In this document: positions 39,801-51,088 of the stretch, in pieces
Numbering within the stretch: the first letter of the stretch is position 1
Layout of the letters: every line of letters starts with the position of its first letter
From: Felis catus
Lineage: Eukaryota
Reading direction: 5' to 3'
DNA length: 64,000 bases
Assembly (NCBI RefSeq): GCF_018350175.1
Contig: NC_058383.1
Span: 24,740,001-24,804,000, forward strand
Notes under the pieces: model-generated
The model's input: the letters and a program-made list of their open reading frames with translations, nothing else
What the model was told of the DNA's origin: nothing
The model's database searches: none
Made by a program: the position numbers and the translations under genes

Positions 39801-41242
39801 GGAAATACAGATACCATTGCATGCAATCATTGATAAATCAATGAATGATGACATTTTTCTTTTTTTGTCAAATCATATAGTGTATAATAAATAAATTATG
39901 AATGTACAGTTTCTAAAGCTATTCTGTGGAATCATAGGTTCCCACTAAGAAGAATCCCAAAAATTTGGCCAGAAATTTGAATACGAATCAAGTTGAAGAA
40001 GCATCGGCCTGCAACAGTAGCATTTGGGGTCTGAGCACATATGATAGGGAGCCTAAAAATACAGTAAATTCTCATGAAAAAGTTCAGTTGAGGTCAGCTG
40101 GTGTGAATTCTCCTATAAAGGGACAAGATCAGTTCCAACTAAAGAGCAATGTAAAAGTGGGTCTTCACGGTGGCAAAGGCTATTTATCTCTTTTTAATAC
40201 AAAGCCCTCTACTTCCCTGGAGCAGTTGCAGTCTCCCAGCTTGAATACACCTATGCAGAAGCACATAAAAAATGAACACCTTGCATTTAGTACCAAACCT
40301 AAGTCTTCAACAGTTAGTTCAGAATTGGTACTTATTTCAACTACCGTTTCATCTGTTAATCATATTTCTGATATGGAAATGAGTTCTGCTCTTGATTGTT
40401 TACCTATGTTGGCTGATTGGGAGGATGTAGCTTTACTGCCAGCATCTCAGCCTGAGCAAAATATAGATTGTATACCTCCCATTAATGACTCAAACTTAGA
40501 CACTTCACTTAATTCCATAGAAAGATTAATGATTTTAAAGGAAGGCACAGAAGAAACTCCTCAAAACTCTGAGACCTCTAAGTCTATTGTTTATAAGAGT
40601 CCACATACTACTATTTATCATGTAAAAGATGCCAAAGATCAAGGTTCAGTTGCTTCTGACTTTAAATTACCTGAATGCAAATCAAGTAGCTCCAACAGTA
40701 TTAATGCCAGTATGTCTCATCCTTCAGTTTTGGGGAAATACCCCCTCCTTTTAGGTAGTACTAAAAGGAATCCATCCAGTCTCCCAGCTTTCCCACCAGC
40801 AAAAAAACAGTCCTTCACTATTCATGAAGAAAAGCCTACATCACCTGATGGCTTCCCAGTGAGAAGTTGTTCCCAGAAGGTCCTCCCCTCTGTCTTAGCT
40901 TCTACAGTTAACCTAGAAGGATCTTGGAAGAGTGGGAAAATGACACCTCCATTATGCAAGTGTGGCCGAAGATCTAAGAGACTTGTTGTTTCTAATAATG
41001 GACCAAACCATGGAAAAGTCTTCTTTTGTTGCCCAAATGGGAAATACCAAGAAAATAGAAAATGTTGTGGTTATTTTAAGTGGGAACAAACACTTCGAAA
41101 GGAGAGAGCCAACAGCAGCATTCTGTCTCATTCTCCGGGGGGACCCACTTTTAGTTCCCCAGAAATAAGCCATATTTGTGACAGAAATGTAAATTTTTCT
41201 ACTAAAAATTCATTGAGACTCAGACCTTCAATGAGGAATTGA
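33869..41242 (+). CDS. ERI2: ERI1 exoribonuclease family member 2 (DEDDh exonuclease + GRF zinc finger), complete, 678 aa
   Basis: join 33869-33891,35174-35241,35327-35410,36618-36745,37495-37651,38630-38730,38998-39079,39650-39738,39938-41242 = 2037 nt, in frame, GT-AG; motifs IDFEST, WSDWD, HSGLDD; ends RLRPSMRN*. Confidence 0.97.
35174..35241 (+). CDS. ERI2: ERI2 exon 2 (QLGLIRRKSVAPTNGNVGRSKS)
   Basis: ttttag acceptor, gtaagt donor; 68 nt. Confidence 0.95.
35327..35410 (+). CDS. ERI2: ERI2 exon 3 (QLFDYLIVIDFESTCW...QEI), ExoI
   Basis: tttcag acceptor, gtaagt donor; 84 nt after an 85-nt intron. Confidence 0.95.
35476..35685 (+). mobile_element. CAN-SINE in ERI2 intron 3
   Basis: Head, (CT)n and A-tail; TSD-like aaagtttataga. 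Confidence 0.85.
35720..36120 (-). mobile_element. Carnivore L1 3' fragment
   Basis: gttagttaacatacagt...cccagtgctcatc...gatggctgagtaat. Confidence 0.75.
36618..36745 (+). CDS. ERI2: ERI2 exon 4 (EFPAVLL...LTGIKQ)
   Basis: tag acceptor, gtatgc donor; 128 nt. Confidence 0.95.
36845..37058 (+). mobile_element. CAN-SINE in ERI2 intron 4
   Basis: Head, (CT)n and A-tail; TSD-like aaaattca. Confidence 0.85.
37495..37651 (+). CDS. ERI2: ERI2 exon 5 (AQVDEGVPL...FVTWS)
   Basis: cag acceptor, gtaaaa donor; 157 nt. Confidence 0.95.
38630..38730 (+). CDS. ERI2: ERI2 exon 6 (DWDLGVCLEYECKRK...TYK), ExoII
   Basis: cag acceptor, gtaagc donor; 101 nt. Confidence 0.95.
38998..39079 (+). CDS. ERI2: ERI2 exon 7 (IFYRRKPKGLSGAL...REHS)
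   Basis: tag acceptor, gttagt donor; 82 nt. Confidence 0.95.
39650..39738 (+). CDS. ERI2: ERI2 exon 8 (GLDDSRNTALL...SLNK), ExoIII
   Basis: cag acceptor, gttagt donor; 89 nt. Confidence 0.95.
39938..41242 (+). CDS. ERI2: ERI2 exon 9, long terminal coding exon with GRF zinc finger (CKCG...FFCC...CGYFKW, ~40955-41083)
   Basis: ORF track 39965-41242; acceptor atcatag ending 39937; TGA at 41240-41242. Confidence 0.96.
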   Translation, partial: VPTKKNPKNLARNLNTNQVEEASACNSSIWGLSTYDREPKNTVNSHEKVQLRSAGVNSPIKGQDQFQLKSNVKVGLHGGKGYLSLFNTKPSTSLEQLQSPSLNTPMQKHIKNEHLAFSTKPKSSTVSSELVLISTTVSSVNHISDMEMSSALDCLPMLADWEDVALLPASQPEQNIDCIPPINDSNLDTSLNSIERLMILKEGTEETPQNSETSKSIVYKSPHTTIYHVKDAKDQGSVASDFKLPECKSSSSNSINASMSHPSVLGKYPLLLGSTKRNPSSLPAFPPAKKQSFTIHEEKPTSPDGFPVRSCSQKVLPSVLASTVNLEGSWKSGKMTPPLCKCGRRSKRLVVSNNGPNHGKVFFCCPNGKYQENRKCCGYFKWEQTLRKERANSSILSHSPGGPTFSSPEISHICDRNVNFSTKNSLRLRPSMRN

Positions 41243-41633
41243 TAAACCTTCCCTATGACTAAACTGTGTTTTTACTTTAATGTGACTTTTTGTGTGATAA
41301 AGAGAAAAAAGTGTATAGGGCTACAAGTCATGGGGACTTAGCATATCTGAGTTCTGTAGACTGCACTGGGGCTATTAAACACACATTCATGCACACACAC
41401 TGAAAATGAGAAAAAAATTGATTTCACACACTTTAAATTTCCTTGATCAGTTACCTAACACTTCTCTTGTATTCATTCATCTATGAATCCTGATTGTTCC
41501 TTGAATTTCCAAACATCATGAATATTCTGATAATCGTCTTACACTTTTATTTTTGTCATATATTAACGTGCCAAATTTATCATACTTTTATCAAAAACCA
41601 CAAATATTTTGTATATTCTATTAGATTAGATAT

Positions 41634-41718
41634 AATAAACAACAATAGTATATAACATCCTTCTTTTACAGGTAGACCTTGAAATAAATTTAAACTGTTT
41701 TTAAATTACTTGAATAAA
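41634..41718 (+). terminator. Candidate ERI2 polyadenylation signals (three AATAAA)
   Basis: AATAAA at 41634, 41683, 41713, ~400-470 nt after the stop; usage unknown. Confidence 0.45.
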
Positions 41719-41789
41719 AATGTGACTATTAAAAATCCCTAGTCTATTTTCAGGTAGACGCTTGTACTTTAAGAATTAGGAAATCTGAT

Positions 41790-42401
41790 ATATTTTTTTA
41801 TTTTTCTAAAAACTTTTATTTATTTATTTTGAGAGACGGAAAAAGAGCACGAGAGGGTGGGTCCAGGGAGGAGAGGGAGAGAGAATCCCAAGCAGGCTCC
41901 ACACTGTCAGAACAGAGTCTGACAGCAGGGCTCAAGCTCATGAACTGTGATATCATGACCTGAGCCTGAAATCAAGAGTTGGACACTTACTGACTGAGCC
42001 ATCCAGGAACCCCTAAAAACTTTTATAATAAGTTATTTAGTTTTACTTCAAAGCTTGAAGATTTGTTCTGATTTGTACATCAACATACCAGAAGAATTAC
42101 TCAACTAGAGTTTGAAAACCAACACATCAGAAACTTGGTTTGGATAATACATGTTTAAAAATTTCTCAGCAATTGATGGTATTCTTTTTATATTACCAAA
42201 GTCATGAGAACATTGACACTAATGCAGAGGAATTTACCGAATATTTTATTTCAAAATTCAGCCTCTGATGTTATAACCACAAGATATTTATTTAAAGATT
42301 TTTTTTTTTTTAAGGAATCCCTGCATCCAATGTGGGGCTCGAACGTACAACCCTGAGATCAAGAGTTGCATGCTCTACTGACTAAGCCAGCCAGACACCC
42401 C
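41790..42401 (-). mobile_element. Two CAN-SINEs (~41790-42013, 42290-42401) between the ERI2 and ACSM3 stop codons
   Basis: Consensus-like bodies on the minus strand. Confidence 0.85.
42245..42292 (-). terminator. Candidate ACSM3 polyadenylation signals
   Basis: Minus-strand AATAAA (plus TTTATT) at 42245-42250 and 42287-42292. Confidence 0.4.
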
Positions 42402-42529
42402 AACCATAAGTCATTTTAAATCAACAATTTACAAGTATACTATTATATTTTTAATCACCTCTCCATAATCTTGTATTTGTACAGTCTTTGTTTTATAGAT
42501 ACTATGATAAATAATAGAATGGAATGGAT

Positions 42530-42616
42530 TTAAATCATTTCCCATTCTTTCTTCCTTAGTTCATTTCTTTTTATCTTCCCACTGATAGTCTTTGGCAACT
42601 CTTGAATAAATTCTAC
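42530..42616 (-). CDS. ACSM3: ACSM3 last coding exon ([28 protein letters not shown])
   Basis: CAG acceptor; TAA at 42532-42530. Confidence 0.95.
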   Translation of the reverse strand, partial: VEFIQELPKTISGKIKRNELRKKEWEMI

Positions 42617-45420
42617 CTGTTGGTATCAAGGGAAAAAAATTAGCCAAGAAGTTTTCATCTTTAGACAAATCCAATTATATAGCAGTTTTATTATCTCTAA
42701 GTGAAAGAATTAAGGTACCCATCTGGGTGGGTTTTGGTAACAACCAAAACAGCAGAGGTATTGTTGAGGAGTTTTTTCTTGGTATTTAGTATTTACTACA
42801 AGTCCAGTTAGCCAGATGACCCAGAAAATTATGTCAAGAATTTCATTTTAATCTCAAAGATTCTGAATCTTATCCATGTCATTAGTTCAGTTTGGAATAT
42901 TTGGTGTGACATGTTTGAGGAGAATATTCATTAAAATGGAAAAAGTAAACAGCTGAAGTTTTTCAGAACACTAAGCAAATTGTCATCATAATTAGAATAC
43001 TTACCTTTCTGGGATATTTATAAGGTGCTGTAATTTTTTTTACATGTTCCTGAATCTCCTTTTTTAGTTGTTCTTGATCATGTGACTTGTAATCATGGCT
43101 CAGAACAATAAAAGCCTTTACTACCTGAAAAAAAAAATTTTTGAAACACCAGGAAGATATGTTATGCATTTTTATGTTTCAGTGTGTCTTGTTTACTTTT
43201 TCTAACTGGGAATCTAAGTGCCTGGGATTGGGGGCAGAAGGCCTCATAGGGTTTGATCCCAGCTCTGTGCTCTTAAGCCAGCCATTTGAGTCCCACACCT
43301 CCTGTTCTGTATCTAATTCAAGAATTTCTGGGACCCCTGCTTTGCCAATAACTTGAAACTTCTTACCTAAAAACATCTTGAACTTTACTTTCTGACCTGT
43401 TTGTGTTTCTGAGCTGTCTTTGCTCTTGACTTCTTGCCTCATCTTTTATTTCCTTCAAGAAAATTTCTTCTTAGAAACTTGACAATGTACTAAGTACAGT
43501 CTCTTGGATAACAACCTAGCCTATCTAGCCTACTTTCTAGATCCCCACCCTCAGTATGGCCCTTATAAAGAGTATTCACACTTAGTTTGCCATATCCTTG
43601 TGGAAGGGAATAGTTGAGACTGCACACTTTTTATTCCAGAGACACTTGTGTTGATGTAAGACTGTGAAGATTCCAACAGCCACTTTGCTACTACTCTGAC
43701 CAATTACCTGGCCCTGAGAAACGAGCAAAAGTGATAGTGACCGTAGTTCTCTAATTGACAGAAGACAGGGAAGACTTCATCACTTTATGCTCACAAATGC
43801 TGTTTTTCTAAATTCACTCTTCTTTGAAGTGTTCTGGAAAATCCTGCCCAGTTTTTGGATCATATATATACGCATTTATACAATTTTATCCTATCCATTT
43901 TTTGATATTTCATAAAATGTTTTTGTGTTTATACCTACTCTTCTGCTTTATCAACATTTTCATGAATTAAATTTATCCTTGTTATAAGTGAATAATTCAG
44001 ATGCACATTGAGAACTAATATTTGTAATTATTAGTTTGCATATTGATGACTTGTACACCTTGGATAAGGTCTACTTTATTTTTATAAAAGTCTTTATAAA
44101 TCATTACATAAGATGGTAAACTAATAAGGAACACCCTAACATGGTTAAGAGCATGAACTTTAAAATCAGACAGCCTGGGTTCGAATCACACTTGGTTGTG
44201 TAATCTTGGGGAAGTTAGGATACATTTCAGTGCCTCAGTTTCCTTCTCCAAAAAAAAAAAAAAAAAAAAGAGGTTGTGAAAATTAGATAAGCTTACATAT
44301 ACAGGCCCTGTGTAGGGCTTATAATACCTGGAACATGCTAAGTCATCAGAAATATTAAGTATTAGTTGTAGTATTAGAAGTACAAGTTTTTTGTTTTTTG
44401 GGTTTTGTTTTGTTTTGTTTTACAGAGAGAGTGTGTGAGTGGGGAGAGGGACAAAGGGAGAGAGAGAGAGAATCTCAAGCAGGTGCCATGCTCAGCATGG
44501 AGCCCGATGTGGGAATTGATCCCATGATGCTGGGATCATTACCTGAGCTGAAATCAAGAGTCCAGATGTCTAATAACTGTGCCACCTAGATGATCTGTTT
44601 GTTGTTTTTTTTTGTTTGTTTTTAAAAAAAAATTTTTTTTAACGTTTATTTATTTTTGAGACACAGTGAGACAGAGCACGAACGGGGGAGGGTCAGAGAG
44701 AGGGAGACACAGAATCTGAAACAGGCTCCAGGCTCTGAGCTGTCAGCACAGAGCCCGACGTGGGGCTTGAACTCATGGACCTCGAGATCATGACCTGAGC
44801 CGAAGTCGGCCGCTCAACCGACTGAGCCACCCAGGCGCCCCTGTTTTTTTTTTTGTTTTTTTGTTTTTTTTTAATTAAAATCCTTAAGTGGGCTTCAGAA
44901 TTTCTCTCAAATTCTATGCAAAATTTTGCATTTTTATGAGAAGAGCCTACAGTTGTGCTATTTAATATAGTAATCACTAGCCACATGTAGCTGTTTAAAT
45001 TTAAATTAAAATGAAATAAAAATGTTCTCAGCCACACCAGCCATATCTCAAGTGCTGTATAGCCATGTGTGGTTATTGTATTGGATGGTGCAGATAGAGA
45101 ATATTTATGTCTGTCATTGCATTAGTCTATGTCCAATGTCCTTCAAATTCCAAAAAGCTGTGTGATCCTACTGGTGGAGTTCAGAGTGAAGGAATAAATT
45201 TTAATCACCAGCTCAATTCCCTGCTCTCATCTATCTGGAATATTGGGGGCCTTGCCTGGCAAAGGGGACCTGAAGAGTGGCATGGAAACTTTAAACCCAA
45301 ACTACCATTTGACCAACCCCAATAAGAATGAGCTTTCAAGGGTGCCTGGCTGGTTTAGTCAGTAAAACATGTGACGCTTGATCTCAGGGTCGTGAGTTCA
45401 AGCCCATCATTGGGCATTTA

Positions 45421-45455
<35 letters not shown>

Positions 45456-48400
45456 AAGAGCTTTCAGGACTCCTGTCTTATTCACAGCTTTTTTTGAATT
45501 CTCTACTTGGCTACCTACCCAGCCTACTTCTTTTTTTTTTTTTTTTCAACGTTTTTTATTTATTTTTGGGACAGAGAGAGACAGAGCATGAGCAGGGGAG
45601 GGGCAGAGAGAGAGGGAGACACAGAATCAGAAACAGGCTCCAGGCTCTGAGCCATCAGCCCTGAGCCTGACGCGGGGCTCGAAATCACGGACCACGAGAT
45701 CGTGACCTGGCTGAAGTCGGACGCTTAACCGACTGCGCCACCCAGGCGCCCCTACCCAGCCTACTTTTAATTGCTGCCTCGGTTCCTACCTTTGACCTTG
45801 CTCCCACCCCTGATATGTGATGCCAGCCTATCCTCCTCAACTACATACGGGACCATGTTGTTTCCAAACCTGGGGAATAACGCGATTCTATCTAGCTGAC
45901 CTCTGACATCCTATCCTACTGTGAACCTGAGTTGTTGGCATTCACACCATCCCTGCGTGGAAAGAATTCAAATTCCTTATATATATTTTCAGTCTTTAGC
46001 AATTCTTTCCTGACTAGCATATTTACTAATGACTATGTGACTTGCAAAGTTAGTGAATGAATCACTTAATTGTGTTTCCATAAACTGTTGAAAAGTATGT
46101 GTTAGACAGCCAACAAATTATAAAGTGGAGATGAATCCATTTTTTTTTACCTCTCCCCTGATGGGATCTGGGCTGCTGACAACAGCTGCCTCTGCAACTG
46201 CAGGATGCTCAATCAGGGCACTTTCTACCTCAAATGGTCCAATTCTGTAACTGGGAAATAAACATATGACAGGAATATATAAAGGTGAGCAGCAGGTTCA
46301 CTCTAGAACACTGACGATCAATTAACTTAGACATATGCACAGATGAAAAAGAAAATTACCCAGAGGATAATATGATATCATCTGATCTTGCGACAAACCA
46401 GAAATACCCATCTTCATCCATATAGCCCCGGTCCCCAGTGATATAGAAATTGCCTCGTAAGGTTGAAGCTGTTTTTGTAGGATTATCCTGTGAAACAAGT
46501 AGCATTTTGTTAATATTACTGTGAATGTGATTCTTCTGTTCGGTCGGATTTTTAAGTGTTGAAGGAGAAAAAAAAAAGTTTGGTTTCTTTGAGAAGCCTT
46601 GGAATGAAGAGAAGCCAGTGCAGGAAGTAAGGATGCAATTCCAGCATTGAGCTAGCCCAATCAAAGAGAGGTAAACTACAGTTACAAAGACTAGGCATGC
46701 TGCCATCCTGAGAATTGTCTATGATGATCACTAAACTCTCTGCAAGAGTTCAGAGCTCCAAGATATGGGCTAATTAAGTCTTTTGCTAAGTGGTTAATAT
46801 CTAATACGGGTAGGAAAAGCGAGAAGTGAATGCTTAGAGTTAAAAGAAAGCACCAGCACCTAATAATTCAAAGAGCAGTTTTTCTGTTTTTGTATTTTGT
46901 TTTAGAAACAAAACCGGTTCTGCAACTTGGTAGGAGGAAAAATGAAGGATTGTTACATTATGTAAAATTCACTGACAAGTAGAACCTGGACTTTTGATTA
47001 TATTGATGCAAACTTTAAAATATATATACTTCAATTAGACATGAAAATAGGTCTGCAAACAGTAGGGAGCCTGTAAAGGCTCTAGTGAAAGACATTTACT
47101 GAATCCCACTGCCCCACTTTCTTTCCCTCTCACTGCTGTTCAGAAGGGAAACCACTAATCACATTTCAGGAAAATGATTGGGTGCTGTCTTCTATTGGAG
47201 ATGATCAGTGTATACAAAGAGGGCTGTCTTTCTAGGGCTCCCTTCTCTTACCCTCATGGGCCTGGAGCAGTGATCTAGCCCAGGGAGAATAAGCATTTGG
47301 GCGTTTCTTCAGTTTCCTACCTGAGGGATTACAATTCAGGACAATGAGTCTCTCAAAAAGCCAAGCACCTATCCTACGTGTGTTTTGTGGCAAATAGGGA
47401 TAGTTACCAAGCACTTTTTAAAATATGTATTTTTGTATTATTTATTCATTTTGAGAGAGAGAGGGAGAGCAGGGGAAGGGCAGAGAAAGGGAGAGAGAGA
47501 ATCCCAATCAGGCTCCACACTGTCAGCATAGAGCCTGTTGTGGGACTCGATCCTACAAACCATGGGATCATGACCTAAGCCCCTATCAAGAGTCAGTGCT
47601 TAAATAACTGAGCCACCCAGGCTCTCCTTTTGAGAATTAAATAGGAAATAAATCTCTTACTATGTAATGAGCAAAAAGGCCAAGTGGTCGATTAGGTAGG
47701 ACTTGAATGCCAATATCTCCTTCTTCTCCAGGAGGTAGGACATTGCCATTTATGTCTAAAATCTAGGATAAAATAGAATGATTTATTTAAGGGAATATTT
47801 TATTTAATGTGCCAACATGTTAAATTTTTACTTTGCATGTTTTGTTTTGTATTTTAAGTATATTTTAATTCCCAGAAGAAATATGTTTTACTTAAATTCT
47901 TACTGCAAAATATATTTTAAAATGCAAGTTAGCAAAACGTGAAAGAAGAATAAAAAATGTCTTTAATTTCACTATCTACCAATAATCACACTTTTGGTGA
48001 TATTTTTTGAGACAATATAGACATAGAAAAAATAGAATCACTTTATATATACTGTTTTACAGCCTGCTTTTATCAATTGGCAACATATCTTGATTATCTT
48101 TTAAGTAAATATTTCATTACCAGTTTTTCAAAATTTAACTGTGGAACAAACAAAACCTTACTTCAGGAGCCCATTACAAGCGAGGAAAGGGGAATGTTCT
48201 CTGGTGGAGACACTGGTGATATGTCAAAAGTCTTGCTTTCTTACCTTCTCCCCAGTCCTCCTGATTCTCTGAAGTGCCTAGCATTTCGTAAGCACTGACT
48301 GCATTCCAAGTAATAAATGCTAGAGCTCTACGTACTCCACATGTATTGTTTTCTTTAGTCCTTACAACAATCCTATCTGGTTATCACTATCACTATGCTC

Positions 48401-51051
48401 ATTTTACGTATGAGGAAACTGAGGTGCAAAGTTTAAGCAACAAAGTACATGACTGAGCTGGAATTCAAATCTCAACAACCACACTCCAGATCTTATCCTT
48501 TTTCATCATTACACTTCTTTGTAGAATCTCTTTAGGGAGTTAGTCCACTTTTTAAAAATCCACATGCACATTTCTCAGGTTGATTGCTTAACTCATGCGC
48601 CAGATTTTGCTTTAAGTAACTTTTAGCTGTTTTTAAACATGAACACTCTACTTTTACATATATCCTCCAAGAGCCTTCAAACCCAGGTTTGTGTGAAATG
48701 GCTTGTGTGGAAAATAAGGGTATAATACTTATTTGGCACTTTCCAGATGGAAATGAGCTATGTCTCCAAAAAGAAACTTGAAAGGCAGAGGAATTCTAAA
48801 TGTAAAATCTTACTTTTAAGTTCTTGTAAATAAAAAAAATATAAATTCCCACCCAGTCATCTAAAGAATATTTGGCTCCGGTATCAAGGAATTACTGATG
48901 GAAAGGAGATGTTTTAAGAGTTCTAAATACTTCTCACAGACTACTCTTTAATAGATGAGAAAGAGACAAAATGTTCTATTTCTGGAGAGAATCATGTTCC
49001 TTATTCAAGTGTTCTTAAAATCATGAAAATTATGGGCTTTGAGCTTTGAAGTTGCAAGAATCTCATATCCAGCTGGTTGGAGTATATCCCCAGATTCCAG
49101 GATGTCACTGCAGATGCTCTTATCTAGGTAACAAAAGCAGTAATAAGAGCTCTTGGGGAGAAGTTAAAAATGAAGATAGCTGCATTAGGGAAATGCAAAT
49201 CAAAATTACAAGGAGATACCGCTTCACACCCATTAGGATGGCTACTATCAAAAAAAAAAAAAAACAGAAAATAAGTGTTGGTGACGATATGGAGGGATTG
49301 GAACCTTTGGACATTGTTGTGGGAATGTAAAATGGTATGGGCACTGTAGAAAACAGTATGGCAGTTCCTCAAAAAATTAAAAATAGAATTACCATATGAT
49401 CTAGCATTTCTACTTCTGGGTATATACACAAAAGATTTAAAATCATGTTCTTCAAGAGATATTTGTAATAGCTAAAATGTGGAAAGAACCCAAGCACCCA
49501 TTGACAGATGAATAGAAAAGCAAAATGTGTTATAGCCAATCCAGTGGAATATTATTCAGCCTTAGAAAGGAAGGCAATGCTGACACATGCTACATGGATG
49601 AAACTTGAGGACATTATGCTAAGTGTGATAAGCCAATCACAAAAAGATGAACACTATGATTCCACTTATAAATAGTAGTCATAAAAACTGAGAAAAAACT
49701 GAGGGTTGATGGGAGGGTGGGAGGGAGGGGAAAGTGGGTGATGGGCATTGAGGAGGGCACCTGTTGGGATAAGCACAACATAGAGTTGTCATAGAAAGTA
49801 GAATGGTTGCCAGGGCTGGGGGCATTGGGGAATGGGAAGTTACTGTTTAATGGATATAGAATCAGTTTTACGAGATGAAAAGAGTTATGGAGATGGATAG
49901 TGGTAATAGGTACACAATATTATGAATGTATTTAATACCACTGAATTATGCACTTAAAATGGTCAAGATGATAAATTTTATGTGTTTTTATTATTTATTT
50001 TTTTTAATTTCTTATTTTTTTAAATGTTTATTTATTTTGAGAGACAGAGACAGAGCATGAGCAGGGGAGGAGCAGAGAGAGAGACACAGAATCCAAAACA
50101 GGCTCCAGGCTCCGAGCTGTCAGCACAGAGCCCGACGCGGGGCTCGAACTCACAAACCATGAGATCATGACCTGAGCCGAAGCCGGACGTTCAACCGACT
50201 GAGCCACCCAGGCGCTCCTATGTGTATTTTATTACAATAAAAAATTGGGGGGGGAAATGAAGGTGATGATGCTGAGTGGGGATGCATGATAGAGCAGTTT
50301 TCCTCTTGGCCACATCCTTTGTGCATTCAAATATAGTTGCTCGAGAAATCCACAGGGCTTGGGGCGCCTGGGTGGCCCAGTCGGTTAAGCTTCCGACTTC
50401 AGCCAGGTCACGATCTCGCGGTCCGTGAGTTCGAGCCCCGCGTCAGGCTCTGGGCTGATGGCTCAGAGCCTGGAGCCTGTTTCCGATTCTGTGTCTCCCT
50501 CTCTCTCTGCCCCTCCCCCATTCATGCTCTGTCTCTCTCTGTCCCAAAAATAAATAAACGTTGAAAAAAAAATTAAAAAAAAAAAAAAAAGAAATCCACA
50601 GGGCTTAAATTAGTGGGGAAGTGGTGATACATTGCTGGTTAGTGGGGAAGTGGTGATACATTGCTGTTGGGATTCATGTGAGTACAGCTGTACTGTGAGA
50701 ACTTCATAGCAATGCATGTTGGGAATTGTCATTAAGAGGGAAGAAAGGAACACAACTTTGTGAAATGCCAACCTGATTGCATATAATGCAGACAAGAGAA
50801 GGCTCAACTATCAATATTTCTTTCTCCAACCTAAGGCATCCTATAAACCAATGAACTATTATTAAGCCTGTTTACAGAATGTAACCAGGGCTCCCTGACC
50901 ATCTCTTCTTAGAAAAGGTTTTCAGGGGTGCCTGGGTGGCTCAGTTGGTTAAGTGTCCGACTTTGGCTCAGGTCATGATCTTGCGGTTTGTGGGTTCGAG
51001 CCCCACATCAGGCTCTCTGCTATCAGTGCAGAGCCTGCTTTGGATACTCTG

Positions 51052-51088
<37 letters not shown>

